A stretch of DNA of 64,000 bases from Cyanobacteriota bacterium. GTDB taxonomy: Bacteria > Cyanobacteriota > Cyanobacteriia > Cyanobacteriales > Nostocaceae. The stretch's first letter is position 1; every line of letters begins with the position of its first letter. The translations under genes and the position numbers were made by a program. Where the stretch lies: the NCBI GenBank assembly GCA_046045965.1, contig JBJOKS010000025.1, positions 1-64,000 of the forward strand. The letters run 5' to 3'. The notes under the pieces are model-generated. The model saw only the letters and a program-made list of their open reading frames with translations, was not told the DNA's origin and searched no databases. Positions 10,111-20,923 of this stretch are shown here, piece by piece.

Positions 10111-11733
10111 ATGGTTATTGGTATACATAGGCGTGCTGTAGGTGTATTTCCTGATCGCCGTGATGCAGAACAGGCACTACATGAATTGAGACAGTCAGGC
10201 TTTCCAATGGAAAGAGTTTCTGTGATCGCTAGACATCATGAAGGTAGAGACGAAATTGCTGGTCATAAAGTTCATGAAAAGGTTGGCGATCAGGCGGAAG
10301 AAGGTGCAACAGTTGGAGCAATTTCTGGTGGTGTTTTAGGCGGGATAACGGGTTTATTAGTGGGACTGGGAACTTTAGCCATTCCGGGAATAGGTCCAAT
10401 TATGTTGGCTGGTGCTACAGCAACAGCTTTAATGACAACTCTGGCTGGTGCTGGTATTGGTGCAGCAGCAGGTGGTTTAATTGGTGCTTTGATTGGTTTA
10501 GGAATTCCCGAAGAAAGAGCCAAAGTTTATCATCAAAGAGTAGAAAGAGGAGAATATTTAGTCATCATTGATGGAACAGATGCTGAAATTGCTAGAGCTA
10601 GAGAAATTCTTCATCGCTGGAAAATTGAAGAATTTGAAGTTTATGATCAACCAGATGGTAGACAGCCAACTACAAATGTTATTCATGAGGATGTAACTGT
10701 TCACAAAGATGTTCCAGTTCATGATGTACCGATTCATAATGTGACTGTTCATAAATATGCAATTGGCTATTTTTCACTGCTACAAGATGCGGAAGCTGCT
10801 ATTAATGATTTAAGAAATGCAGATTTTCCCTTGAGCCAAATTGCTGTAATTCACAGAGAACGTCAACACAGAGATGCTTTTGGCGGTATTCATTGGAGCG
10901 ATCGCTTTGAGTCTACACGCTTCAATATTCCCGATCATCAGACTCGGTTATACAAAGAACGCATTCATCAAGGAGACTATATAGTCATTGTAGGTGGTAC
11001 AGATGCTGACATCCACCGTGCAGCAAATATTCTCAACCGACATAGAATTCAACAATGGCAGATTTACGAAGCCACCGAACATCTAAAAGCGCCTTTACAA
11101 ACCACTAAAAGAGCAATTGGTGTATTTTCCCATCGACGTGATGCCGAAGCAGCACTGAGAAATTTAAGAAATGCTGGTTTTCCCATGAACCAAGTTTCCC
11201 TCATTGCTAAAGATGTAAACGACGGTGGAAAAAGTAATTTAGAAACAGGTAATAAAGCAGACGAGGGACTCAAAGCTGGTGCTGCTACTGGTGGCGCTAT
11301 CGGTGGTTTAGGTGGGTTATTAGTTGGGTTAGGAACTTTAGCAATTCCTGGAGTCGGGCCTGTAATGGCTGGTGGCGCTGTAGCGACTGCTTTGGCCACA
11401 ACCTTAACCGGTGGAGTTGTCGGTGCAGCAGTGGGAGGTATTGCTGGGGGGTTGATTGGTTTAGGAATTCCTGAAGAAAGAGCGCGAGTTTATAGCGATC
11501 GCTTCCAAAGAGGACATTATTTAGTAATTGTTGATGGCAGTGAAGCACAAATTCACCAGGCTGAAACAATTCTCAAAGGTTTGGGAATTGAAGAATTTGC
11601 TATTTATGATGCCCGTGATGTCAGCGAACGTCAACCTAGTTTTGAACCAGTCAGACATACGGAAACCGTTCGCAGTAATTTGGCCGGAGAACCTCCAGTA
11701 ATTATTATTGACCACCGCGAAAAAACGGTTTAA
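10111..11733 (+). CDS. General stress protein with three YflT/Gsp17M-like domains and two glycine-zipper segments
   Basis: Three repeats of (R/K)xAxGxF...DAExA...LR..xFP, and two GLLVGLGTLAIPGxGP zippers. Confidence 0.8.
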   Translation: MVIGIHRRAVGVFPDRRDAEQALHELRQSGFPMERVSVIARHHEGRDEIAGHKVHEKVGDQAEEGATVGAISGGVLGGITGLLVGLGTLAIPGIGPIMLAGATATALMTTLAGAGIGAAAGGLIGALIGLGIPEERAKVYHQRVERGEYLVIIDGTDAEIARAREILHRWKIEEFEVYDQPDGRQPTTNVIHEDVTVHKDVPVHDVPIHNVTVHKYAIGYFSLLQDAEAAINDLRNADFPLSQIAVIHRERQHRDAFGGIHWSDRFESTRFNIPDHQTRLYKERIHQGDYIVIVGGTDADIHRAANILNRHRIQQWQIYEATEHLKAPLQTTKRAIGVFSHRRDAEAALRNLRNAGFPMNQVSLIAKDVNDGGKSNLETGNKADEGLKAGAATGGAIGGLGGLLVGLGTLAIPGVGPVMAGGAVATALATTLTGGVVGAAVGGIAGGLIGLGIPEERARVYSDRFQRGHYLVIVDGSEAQIHQAETILKGLGIEEFAIYDARDVSERQPSFEPVRHTETVRSNLAGEPPVIIIDHREKTV

Positions 11734-11838
11734 TTTTGGCAATGATTTCCCCTATTAGGAGCATTAACATCAATAATTTGCTCCTAATTTCACCATGATG
11801 CCAACCAAACAATCACATTTATATCAAAGCATAAAAAA

Positions 11839-12294
11839 ATGAAAAAGCTAACTTCTTTTTTAATTGGTTCAATTCTACTTTTTAGTGCTGCTTGTGATAA
11901 CACAGCTAAAACAACTGTGACTGCACCTGAACCTGGAGAAGCTCCAGCAAGTCCCGCTGCACAAACAACGCAAGCTCCAGCAGAAGACGCTCAAAGTGAA
12001 CTCCGCAGAAGACAACTTAATGCTGATATTCGCGCTCGTGAAGAACGAAATCTGCTAACTGCTGATCGTACAGATAGAACAGCTGCGGATTTAGCTAGTG
12101 AAGTCCGATCTAAATTAGAGGCGAATATTCCTGCTAGTCAATTAACAGTTAATGCTGCCGATGATGGTACAGTAACTGTATTAGGAACTGTAAGTAATCA
12201 GGATCAATTAGCTAAGATTGAACCTTTAGCAAGAGAAATTAATGGAGTCAAAAATGTAGTTGTCAAAGCAACTGTTGCACAACCACAAAGTTGA
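11839..12294 (+). CDS. BON-domain lipoprotein
   Basis: Lipobox SAAC and a C-terminal BON domain (GTVTVLGTV...INGVKNV). Confidence 0.85.
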   Translation: MKKLTSFLIGSILLFSAACDNTAKTTVTAPEPGEAPASPAAQTTQAPAEDAQSELRRRQLNADIRAREERNLLTADRTDRTAADLASEVRSKLEANIPASQLTVNAADDGTVTVLGTVSNQDQLAKIEPLAREINGVKNVVVKATVAQPQS

Positions 12295-12468
12295 AACAGC
12301 TAACAATTAATATCTCTAATTTAATGGACACAAATAAATTTTTAGGGTCAAGGTTCAGTAATCAAGATACAAAGTGAAATATTTTTGACTTGGTATTCTG
12401 AGTCGAGACTGTTATATTTATTAACGTCCACTCACTTATCAACACTGTTGTGCCAAATGGCAAACATT

Positions 12469-12900
12469 ATGGAAACTCAACAACAGCAATCAGAGTCCGC
12501 AAGTTCCATATCACCACAAGGCCTATTATCCCTTGAAGGTGCAGAAACTGGAAATTTGCCCAAACTACCGCCAGCTAAAGCGCCTGACAGCCAATGGCAG
12601 CGAATTAGCAGACAAATTATTGACTTTTTAAACCAACTGCCAGATTATCTAGGTAGTTTTTTTGCCAAAAATCAGCAAGCTATCTTAACCATTGTTTTAA
12701 TTTTGTCTGCGTTTGTTACCGTTAAGGTAGTGATCGCCGTTCTCGATGCTGTTAATGGTGTGCCGTTACTAGCTCCCATTTTTGAAATCATTGGCATATT
12801 TTATGCTATCTGGTTTACCTTCCGTTATCTCATTAAAGCTGAAACTCGGCAAGAATTATCCCACAAGGTTAGTTCATTCAAACAGCAACTTCTAGGTTAA
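12469..12900 (+). CDS. CAAD-domain (CurT-like) membrane protein; start may be 12457
   Basis: AVLDAVNGVPLLAPIFEIIGIFYAIWFTFRYLIKAETRQEL is the CAAD signature. Confidence 0.85.
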   Translation: METQQQQSESASSISPQGLLSLEGAETGNLPKLPPAKAPDSQWQRISRQIIDFLNQLPDYLGSFFAKNQQAILTIVLILSAFVTVKVVIAVLDAVNGVPLLAPIFEIIGIFYAIWFTFRYLIKAETRQELSHKVSSFKQQLLG

Positions 12901-12929
12901 TAATTCAGAAGTCAGAAGTCAGATGTTCT

Positions 12930-13015
12930 GAATTTTGGATTTTGGATTTTGGATTTTGGATTTTGGATTTTGGATTGTATTTACTTAGCACAATCTAAAA
13001 TCTAAAATCTAAAAT
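12930..13015. repeat. STRR heptamer array (GATTTTG)n with an inverted (AAAATCT)n block
   Basis: Tandem heptamers read directly from the sequence. Confidence 0.85.
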
Positions 13016-13169
13016 TTTCTCTCCCTACAGGCTACAACCTATCTCAAGATAGACAATCTAAATTAAAATTTATCTTCAATTCACTTCTTCAGATAGTATC
13101 ATAAACATTCAAACAAAAGTAATCTAGTTCTCGAAGTTGTTGCAAACATAATTAAAGAGAACTAAACTT

Positions 13170-13577
13170 ATGGCTAATAAACCAGTTAAAAAAGCAATAG
13201 ATTCTGCTCATCGAGTTGAAACAGATACCTATGATCGGGGAATTATTCCAGCGGAAACAGCGGCACGTAAAGCCAGAGAAGGAGAAAATTATAAACACGT
13301 TCCCAGCGAAGAAAATCTTTCTGTTGCGCCCACTGATGACCAAACAAATGCAGAAAGTATCCGCACTACTGATGGTTACACAGTAGATAAAGAAGGTTTA
13401 TTAAATAACTATCCAGTTGAACCAGAAATGTATTATGAAACTCCTGGTGATGCACGGCACAAAATGCTTGAAGACACCGCAGAACGTTGGGAAGAACTCA
13501 GAGAAGTTAATGAAGATCAAGAAGGTGAGTTAACAGAAAAAACAGACAGACGCGGTAAAGGGACTGGAATGATTTAG
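13170..13577 (+). CDS. Hydrophilic hypothetical protein
   Basis: 135-aa acidic ORF with a GYTVDKEGLLNNYPVEPEMY motif. Confidence 0.75.
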   Translation: MANKPVKKAIDSAHRVETDTYDRGIIPAETAARKAREGENYKHVPSEENLSVAPTDDQTNAESIRTTDGYTVDKEGLLNNYPVEPEMYYETPGDARHKMLEDTAERWEELREVNEDQEGELTEKTDRRGKGTGMI

Positions 13578-13581
13578 TTAT

Positions 13582-14556
13582 TTATTTATCTGGTAATGAG
13601 TCTTTTATTTCCACAGTTAAATTAGGCAGTCCATCTAATTTTTCTGTGGGAATTTCTTCTTGGACAAATGGAACAAAAACCGTCAACCCTGCGGGTATAC
13701 AGTTAATTTCTACAGGAGTTGTGCCGACTATTTCCCCATCAACAACAACTTTTTGCGGTGGTTCAGTTGTGATTTTAAATTGCTGGGATCGCAAATAACC
13801 AATGTCGTCTCTTTCTACTGGTGTACCTGTAGAAGCGGTTTGGAATAAATGAAATGCGGCTGCGATCGCACCTGTTTTATTATCTGGAGATACAATTGTT
13901 AAATCTAATAATCCATCATCAAAAATAATACCAGACGGTCCTTGAGCTAAAACTGAAGTAGCAGGTGCAGCATTTGCTACTGTTACTGCTGAAGCAATTG
14001 TTTTAATTATCTTATCTTCTGTTTCAATTTCCACTGCAAATTTCTGTAAGTTTCCTAATTCTTGAATTCCTGCTAGAATATATGCCATCATCCCAAAGCG
14101 ATTTTTAGTTTCCCGATCTGCTTTTTCTACAGTTTCTGCTTCAAAGCCAATACCTGTTAATAATACCATTGGTCGATCATTACAATAAGCGACATCAACT
14201 TTCCAGGTATTACCTTGTAAAATTGTCTGACAAGCTGCGGCAATTGTATCAGGAATATTTAAAGCTGTAGCAAAAGCATTTGCTGTTCCCCGTGAAATAA
14301 TCCCCAAGGGAATATTAGTATTAATTACTGCTGCTGCTGCTGCTGATAATGTCCCATCTCCTCCAGAAGCAATGATCGCTTCTACTCCCCTTTCTACTGC
14401 TGCGCGTGCGAGTTCGTCAGCATCAATTTCTTCGGTGGTGAGATAAATATCTAAATCAATTTCTGGTTCTAATATTGACCTAATCTGATCTAGTTCTAAT
14501 TCTGGATCACCTTGACCTGCAACTGGGTTAAAAATTAAACAAGCGGAACGACTCAT
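13582..14556 (-). CDS. YegS/Rv2252/BmrU family lipid kinase
   Basis: IFNPVAG, GGDGT, GTANAFA and DGE motifs. Confidence 0.92.
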   Translation of the reverse strand: MSRSACLIFNPVAGQGDPELELDQIRSILEPEIDLDIYLTTEEIDADELARAAVERGVEAIIASGGDGTLSAAAAAVINTNIPLGIISRGTANAFATALNIPDTIAAACQTILQGNTWKVDVAYCNDRPMVLLTGIGFEAETVEKADRETKNRFGMMAYILAGIQELGNLQKFAVEIETEDKIIKTIASAVTVANAAPATSVLAQGPSGIIFDDGLLDLTIVSPDNKTGAIAAAFHLFQTASTGTPVERDDIGYLRSQQFKITTEPPQKVVVDGEIVGTTPVEINCIPAGLTVFVPFVQEEIPTEKLDGLPNLTVEIKDSLPDK

Positions 14557-14663
14557 AAGGATAAAATAATAGAGTTATGAATGAAACCAAGTTATTCTTA
14601 GCATATTTTTCAAATTTAAACTTCCCTCTCAAGACTGCTTTATCTGAATGAGTAATTTGGGAT

Positions 14664-15878
14664 TCAGTCAATAAATTTAGTCAATTTCGGCACAACAACC
14701 ACCTGATTACGACCATTTGCTTTAGCTTGATATAGAGCTTGATCAAGAGCAATAAAAAATGAAGTTAGTGAATTAATATAAGCATTTTCAAAAGTAGCAA
14801 CACCCAAACTAATAGTATAATACATTTTTTCCTCACCTGCTGAATTTTCTGCAACTGTTATTCGCAACCTTTCAGCAATCAAAAATGCACTTTCAAGATA
14901 GGTATTTGGCAATAAAATTAGAAACTCTTCTCCTCCCCAACGACTTACCACATCTTGAGAACGAAGTGATTGTTTGAGGGTGTTAACTAGGTTCTTTAAA
15001 ACAATATCTCCGCAATTATGCCCATAATTATCATTGATAGATTTGAATTTATCAACATCTATTAAAATTAAACTAAAGGGTATTTTACTACGTTCAAATC
15101 TTCCTATCTCATGGTGTAAATACTGTTCTATTGCTCTACGATTGAGCGCCTTTGTTAAAAAATCGGTGGTTGCTAATTTTCGCAAATCCTGATGCAGTCG
15201 TTGATTAACCATCATAATAAAACCAGAGTTACGCAGGTAATCAAATAAAAATATTGAGCCAAATGTAATTATATTTATTTGATTTGGCTGCATAAAAGAT
15301 TTAGTGTGACTCATTGGTACTATCACAATACGGCTGAGAGAAAAAATAATCTGGATTATAAAAGTAAGCGCGGTAAAAATAGAAGAAGCAAAAATTGATC
15401 TATCTATATGAATAATCAGATAATAAAATGCTAAAAGATGGATAATTGTGATAGATAAAATAGTAATCAAATTTCTAGATAAATAATCATCTTTAATATA
15501 GACATAATAAATCTGAGTCAATAAAAATGTAGAGCTAACAGCCAATAAAATGAGATAATTTAGGTTTTTATTGAGAAATTTAGCAATGCCAATAGTGTAC
15601 ATTATTTGTCCACTGGTCATCAATAAGTTACCAAAAAACCGCAAATTTAAAAGTAATAGTGGATCTAATAAATTTGCTAACAATGAGCGGAGGGGAAAAA
15701 TCAGAAATCCCAAAGCTGATAATACAGTACCAAGGGCATAAATACCAACTCCCTGATTTTGACTGGCTAAGAAGAATAAAAATACCAGGGTAATTGATTG
15801 CAAAATAGATGCAACACTGACCATCAAGGACATAGTACCAACATCAATCATCTTGATGGTAACTAAAAAAATCTGCAT
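14664..15878 (-). CDS. Membrane diguanylate cyclase
   Basis: About 7 TM helices, intact GGEEF, and an RxxD I-site (RSQD). Confidence 0.9.
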   Translation of the reverse strand: MQIFLVTIKMIDVGTMSLMVSVASILQSITLVFLFFLASQNQGVGIYALGTVLSALGFLIFPLRSLLANLLDPLLLLNLRFFGNLLMTSGQIMYTIGIAKFLNKNLNYLILLAVSSTFLLTQIYYVYIKDDYLSRNLITILSITIIHLLAFYYLIIHIDRSIFASSIFTALTFIIQIIFSLSRIVIVPMSHTKSFMQPNQINIITFGSIFLFDYLRNSGFIMMVNQRLHQDLRKLATTDFLTKALNRRAIEQYLHHEIGRFERSKIPFSLILIDVDKFKSINDNYGHNCGDIVLKNLVNTLKQSLRSQDVVSRWGGEEFLILLPNTYLESAFLIAERLRITVAENSAGEEKMYYTISLGVATFENAYINSLTSFFIALDQALYQAKANGRNQVVVVPKLTKFID

Positions 15879-16059
15879 ATAGGTAGATGTTTAAAAATAG
15901 AATATGTAAAAATATACCTGAAATTTTATCAACCTGGTGGCTGTTGTTGATGTGGGAAAAATGTAACCGAATGTAAAGAGCGTGATTCCATCCGGTAAGT
16001 CACTTGCTGAGGTAGTCTAGATCAATGTGAATTTATCGCCTGGTTTGACAAATTATTTT

Positions 16060-17028
16060 ATGACTTCAGTTTCTAGCCCTCCACGCACTATTCGTATTGG
16101 TTCACGTAAAAGCCAACTTGCTCTAGTTCAAACATACTGGGTACAAGAGCAACTTCAGAAAAGCTTCCCTGATATCAATTTTGAAGTCCATACCATGTCT
16201 ACCCAAGGTGACAAAATCCTGGATGTAGCATTAGCCAAAATTGGCGATAAAGGACTATTTACTAAAGAACTGGAACTGGGAATGATCAATCAAGAGATTG
16301 ATTTTGCGGTTCATTCGCTCAAGGATTTGCCTACTAATTTACCAGAAGGTTTAGCACTGGCAGCAATTACGGAACGGGAAAACCCGGCTGATGCGGTGGT
16401 ATTCCATGAGAAATACAAAGGACAATCTCTAGAAACTTTGCCAGAAGGTGCGGTAATTGGTACATCTTCCCTGCGAAGATTGGCACAGTTACGCTACAAG
16501 TTCCCTCATTTTACATTTAAAGATGTGCGTGGGAACTTAATTACACGCATGGAGAAATTAGATAAAGGTGAATATGATGCTTTGATTTTAGCTGTAGCTG
16601 GGTTAGAAAGATTGGAAATGAGCGATCGCATTCACCAAATTTTACCCCCAGAAATTTCCCTTCATGCAGTGGGACAAGGTGCTTTAGGTATAGAATGCCG
16701 TGCTGATGACACCGAAGTAATTTCCTTACTCAAAGCTATTGAACATCCGCAAACCCGCGATCGCTGTTTAGCAGAACGCTCTTTCCTCCGGTCTTTAGAA
16801 GGCGGTTGTCAAGTACCCATTGGTGTAAACACAGAAATAGTTGGTGATAATTTAACACTAAAGGGTATTGTCGCTAGTGTTGATGGTCAAAAACTGGTTA
16901 AAGATACCGTGACTGGCTTGGCCAAAGATGCCGAAAAATTAGGTACAGAACTAGCAAACACCTTGAGAAAACAAGGCGCAACAGAAATATTAGAACAAAT
17001 CTTTACCGAGATTCAACGCGGATCATAA
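16060..17028 (+). CDS. hemC: Hydroxymethylbilane synthase
   Basis: [26 protein letters not shown] and GGCQVPIG motifs. Confidence 0.98.
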   Translation: MTSVSSPPRTIRIGSRKSQLALVQTYWVQEQLQKSFPDINFEVHTMSTQGDKILDVALAKIGDKGLFTKELELGMINQEIDFAVHSLKDLPTNLPEGLALAAITERENPADAVVFHEKYKGQSLETLPEGAVIGTSSLRRLAQLRYKFPHFTFKDVRGNLITRMEKLDKGEYDALILAVAGLERLEMSDRIHQILPPEISLHAVGQGALGIECRADDTEVISLLKAIEHPQTRDRCLAERSFLRSLEGGCQVPIGVNTEIVGDNLTLKGIVASVDGQKLVKDTVTGLAKDAEKLGTELANTLRKQGATEILEQIFTEIQRGS

Positions 17029-17131
17029 GGTAACTGGGGAGATGGGGAGATGAGGAGAAAATTCTTAATCTGTTCCCTGTTCCCTGTTCCCTGTTCCCTT
17101 CTTTTCCAATTACCAATTACCAATAAATACC

Positions 17132-18571
17132 ATGCGAATTCTATTTGTGGCAGCTGAAGCTGCTCCCATTGCTAAAGTAGGTGGAATGGGTGATGTTGTG
17201 GGTGCATTACCTAAAGTCCTCAGACAAATGGGACACGATGTACGGATATTCTTGCCTTATTATGGTTTCCTGCCAGATAAAATGGAAGTCCCCAAAGACC
17301 CGATTTGGAAGGGATACGCCATGTTTCAGGACTTTGCAGTTTACGAAAGTGTTCTGCCAGGTACTGATGTTCCCTTGTATTTATTTGGACATCCTGCTTT
17401 CACTCCCCGGCGCATTTATGGTGGAGAGGATGAAGATTGGCGGTTTACCTTGTTCTCCAATGGTGCAGCAGAATTTTGTTGGAATTACTGGAAACCAGAA
17501 ATTGTCCATTGTCACGATTGGCACACAGGAATGTTACCCGTGTGGTTGAACCAATCCCCAGATATTACCACTGTATTTACAATACATAATCTTGCTTATC
17601 AAGGTCCGTGGCGCTGGTATTTGGAGAAAATTACTTGGTGTCCTTGGTATATGCAAGGTCACAACACCATGGCCGCAGCAGTACAGTTTGCTGACAGGGT
17701 AAATACAGTTTCGCCCACTTATGCAGAGCAAATCAAGACACCTGCCTATGGTGAACAGATTGAAGGTTTGCTATCTTTTATTAGCGGGAAATTATCAGGA
17801 ATTATCAACGGTATAGATACTGATGTTTATAATCCTGCAAATGATAAATATATTACCCAAACTTTCACCACCGATACCTTAGACAAACGCAAAGCTAACA
17901 AAATTGCCTTGCAAGAAGAAATGGGGTTAGAAGTTAACTCTGGAGCCTTTTTAATTGGCATGGTGAGTCGGTTGGTAGAACAAAAGGGTCTGGATTTGGT
18001 TTTACAAATTCTTGACCGCTTTATGGCTTATACAGATGCTCAATTTGTTTTGTTGGGAACAGGCGATCGCTATTATGAAACCCAAATGTGGCAATTAGCA
18101 TCCCGCTACCCTGGCAGAATGGCAACTTACCTACTGTACAATGACGCTCTTTCTCGTCGCATCTATGCTGGTACTGATGCCTTTTTAATGCCTAGTCGTT
18201 TTGAACCCTGCGGTATCAGCCAAATGATGGCTTTACGTTACGGTTCTGTCCCTATCGTCCGTCGTACAGGGGGATTAGTCGATACCGTATCACATTATGA
18301 CCCCGTAAATGATGCAGGTACAGGTTATTGTTTTGACCGTTATGAACCTTTAGACCTATTTACCTGTATGATTAGGGCTTGGGAAGGTTTCCGTTTCAAA
18401 CCCCAATGGCAAGAATTACAAAAACGGGGTATGAGTCAAAATTTCAGTTGGTATGAATCTGCTAAACAGTACGATAATCTCTATCGCTCAATGTATGGTT
18501 TACCACCACAAGAAGAAGAACCAGCACTAGAAGCCGAATTAATTATAACTGAGGCTAATGATAGTAAGTAG
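17132..18571 (+). CDS. glgA: Glycogen synthase
   Basis: [14 protein letters not shown] and PSRFEPCG motifs. Confidence 0.98.
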   Translation: MRILFVAAEAAPIAKVGGMGDVVGALPKVLRQMGHDVRIFLPYYGFLPDKMEVPKDPIWKGYAMFQDFAVYESVLPGTDVPLYLFGHPAFTPRRIYGGEDEDWRFTLFSNGAAEFCWNYWKPEIVHCHDWHTGMLPVWLNQSPDITTVFTIHNLAYQGPWRWYLEKITWCPWYMQGHNTMAAAVQFADRVNTVSPTYAEQIKTPAYGEQIEGLLSFISGKLSGIINGIDTDVYNPANDKYITQTFTTDTLDKRKANKIALQEEMGLEVNSGAFLIGMVSRLVEQKGLDLVLQILDRFMAYTDAQFVLLGTGDRYYETQMWQLASRYPGRMATYLLYNDALSRRIYAGTDAFLMPSRFEPCGISQMMALRYGSVPIVRRTGGLVDTVSHYDPVNDAGTGYCFDRYEPLDLFTCMIRAWEGFRFKPQWQELQKRGMSQNFSWYESAKQYDNLYRSMYGLPPQEEEPALEAELIITEANDSK

Positions 18572-18663
18572 GCAGGAGGCAGGAGGCAGGAGGCAGGAGG
18601 GAAGAGGTTTTTAGCATTTTTACATTTTTGTACTTGCTTGGTTTTTTCTTGCCGACTTACTTA
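18562..18663. mobile_element. Degenerate MITE (GTAAGT(A/C)GGC-type ends) overlapping the glgA stop codon
   Basis: GTAAGTAGGCA..TGCCGACTTAC ends with an internal (GGCAGGA)n block. A related internal sequence lies at about 49108-49188. Confidence 0.5.
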
Positions 18664-18730
18664 AATCTTAATTAGGGACTTCCAAATACAAAAATCTCCA
18701 AAAATTTCTTGTGGTACGGGATGAACAGCC

Positions 18731-18867
18731 CAATACTGTTCGGTTAAGAGTTTTCGTAGGTTGGGTTAAGCGATAGCGCAACCTAACAGAAGCCTATCAA
18801 TTTTGGGTTTTCTAACGTCAACCCAACCTACATATTTATATTTTTTGAGCTTAACCGAAAAGTATTG
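18731..18867. mobile_element. Second copy of the 18-bp-TIR MITE (no nested insert), inverted relative to 6109-6350
   Basis: CAATACTGTTCGGTTAAG..CTTAACCGAAAAGTATTG ends and an internal GTAGGTTGGGTT..AACCCAACCTAC hairpin. No target duplication. Confidence 0.88.
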
Positions 18868-18933
18868 ATTGGAGATCCCCCACGCGTCCCTCTTAAAAAG
18901 GGGGAAACAAATACATTTTAGCCTCCTCAGCAA

Positions 18934-19320
18934 TTAACCAAACCAGTTAGAAGGTTGACAACCTGGTTGAACTTTTTCACAAAGGTGGTTACTAATCAAA
19001 TCTGCTTTTGCTTGGATAATTGAAAAAATCCCTTGGTGAATCAAATTTTGTAGATGTAATTGCTGTTCTAAAGGATTACGGGATATTTTGTGATTTAAAG
19101 AATCATCTTTTTGATTTTCACTTAACAATATCTGACTGTCATTAACCTTGCTATTAAAACTATTAAAGCCAGGAAGACGATTAATTACAAAAGAAATTAG
19201 CTCTTGACGAAAATCAGGAATTGCAAAAGCCTGTTGATAAGGTTGGTATGGATATGTATGCAAAACACTTTCAATTTCACCAATTACTGATTGCTGTGTT
19301 AACTTAACTACGGTTTTCAT
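18934..19320 (-). CDS. Conserved hypothetical protein, possibly ComFB-like
   Basis: EIESVL..YQQAF..RQELISFVINRLP resembles the ComFB core. Confidence 0.55.
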   Translation of the reverse strand: MKTVVKLTQQSVIGEIESVLHTYPYQPYQQAFAIPDFRQELISFVINRLPGFNSFNSKVNDSQILLSENQKDDSLNHKISRNPLEQQLHLQNLIHQGIFSIIQAKADLISNHLCEKVQPGCQPSNWFG

Positions 19321-19697
19321 AATTTATGATCTCCTTTTCTATCCAATTCATGATTTTTACAACGAAACATTGCTCTCAATTAACAATTTGGTAATGATCA
19401 GCAGTGATCACCAGTTCCCGTACCATACCCAACGCCCTTAATTCAATATTTATTTCCAAGTTATACCCACCCATTTGCAGGATAAATTCTCAAAGGGGAC
19501 TGAAGCTAATGCTTAATTACCGATGTTATAGCTCTACAAATTCAATTATTTCAAATTTATGCTATTTCAGAGAAAAACTACACAAAACGCAGCATAAACT
19601 ATTAGGGATCAATTTTATTTACCATAAATCATGTTAATTATGCTTCACTTAAAAGTAAAGTTAAACTCACTCCATACTTTACATTAATCTAGAATCT

Positions 19698-19730
19698 AGA
19701 TTCCCGACTTCTGTGATAAATCGGGCATCT
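19698..19730. repeat. Small palindromic dispersed repeat; degenerate copy at 1068-1100
   Basis: AGATTCCCGACTT..AAATCGGGCATCT hairpin between genes. Confidence 0.6.
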
Positions 19731-19756
19731 GGGTATAACTGCAAGCTCAAGTATTT

Positions 19757-20836
19757 TTAGACAACAAATAAATCTAAAAAATCTCCATCTTCTGAAAGCA
19801 AATGACGCAATTGGTGATCAATCTGTTCAGCAGCAGCGAGTCCCGAAACCATTGCCCCTTCTACCAGATTTCCGCCACACCAATCACCACAACAAACTAA
19901 AGGTAAAGGAGTATTGGCAGGTAAACAAGCAACATCCAAAGGAGTACGAGGAAAAGCATAACGCCAACGATGTACTTGCATCCATTCAGGATTATTTAAC
20001 CAGGGAAGTGCTAAATCTGCTGCTGCTTTTTGCAACATAAAATTGGCTACTGGTTGTAAATCTTCGGTTTCTAGATGTTGTTGCGCTAACCCGGCACTAC
20101 TTTGTAACACAAAATGCGGTTGTTGTGAGTGGGGACGCTTGCTACTATCAAATCCTATCCATCCTAAATCTACATGATCATTAAAAGTCAAAGCTTGCCA
20201 ATTAGGCAAAATTTGGGAGTTGGGAGAATACCCAGCCATAACACTAATACAGGGGTGAAACTCTACAGAATGAAGGTTTTTGAGAAATTCAGCATCTAAA
20301 ATATTGTTACCTAAAGGCGCTAATAAATCCCCAGCTTGGGGTGCGGGAATGGCTACTACTAAAGCTTTCGCGTTTAATTGTTCGTTGTTTTCTAAGGTAA
20401 GAAGCCAAGTATTTTCTTTTGTCGGATTAATTTTGATCACGCGCTGATTTAATAAAATATCTAAACCAGGAGTCAGAAATTTAGCGATCGCACTCATTCC
20501 TTCTGGTGCAATATAACGCGGACTCCGGTTTGCTGGTTGAGATATACCCCCATCTGTGGAGAATTCATAAACTATATCAGTCCAAACTTTGATAACTTGC
20601 TGATTTTGCAATAAATCCACAAATTTACTCAATAATTTACCCTTTGGCTGCAAATAACAAGCACCATGATCCGCCCAAGTTCCCTGTAAACGCCGTGTAG
20701 CAACTCTTCCCCCGACACCGCGAGATTTTTCCACAACTAAAACCCCATAACCAGCTTGACGTAACCGCTGGGCGCAAACTAAACCAGATATACCCGCACC
20801 AATAACCGCAATATCAGTAATATGAGAATTTGACAT
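19757..20836 (-). CDS. Renalase-like NAD(P)/FAD-dependent oxidoreductase
   Basis: GAGISG, EKSRGVGGRVATRR, DHGA, HRWRYA and GDWC motifs. Confidence 0.92.
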   Translation of the reverse strand: MSNSHITDIAVIGAGISGLVCAQRLRQAGYGVLVVEKSRGVGGRVATRRLQGTWADHGACYLQPKGKLLSKFVDLLQNQQVIKVWTDIVYEFSTDGGISQPANRSPRYIAPEGMSAIAKFLTPGLDILLNQRVIKINPTKENTWLLTLENNEQLNAKALVVAIPAPQAGDLLAPLGNNILDAEFLKNLHSVEFHPCISVMAGYSPNSQILPNWQALTFNDHVDLGWIGFDSSKRPHSQQPHFVLQSSAGLAQQHLETEDLQPVANFMLQKAAADLALPWLNNPEWMQVHRWRYAFPRTPLDVACLPANTPLPLVCCGDWCGGNLVEGAMVSGLAAAEQIDHQLRHLLSEDGDFLDLFVV

Positions 20837-20923
20837 ATTTCACAACTCAACCTTGACAATAACTTTTAAAAGCTAATAGTAGAATAGGGTACAGACAAGC
20901 TGCACGGAAGGGAGGATGGGAAA

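Noticed and set aside
12930..13015. Tandem repeats here and at about 23.7, 43.8, 47.2 and 49.4 kb as possible CRISPR arrays
   Set aside because: They are 7-bp STRRs with no unique spacers, and there are no cas genes in the window.
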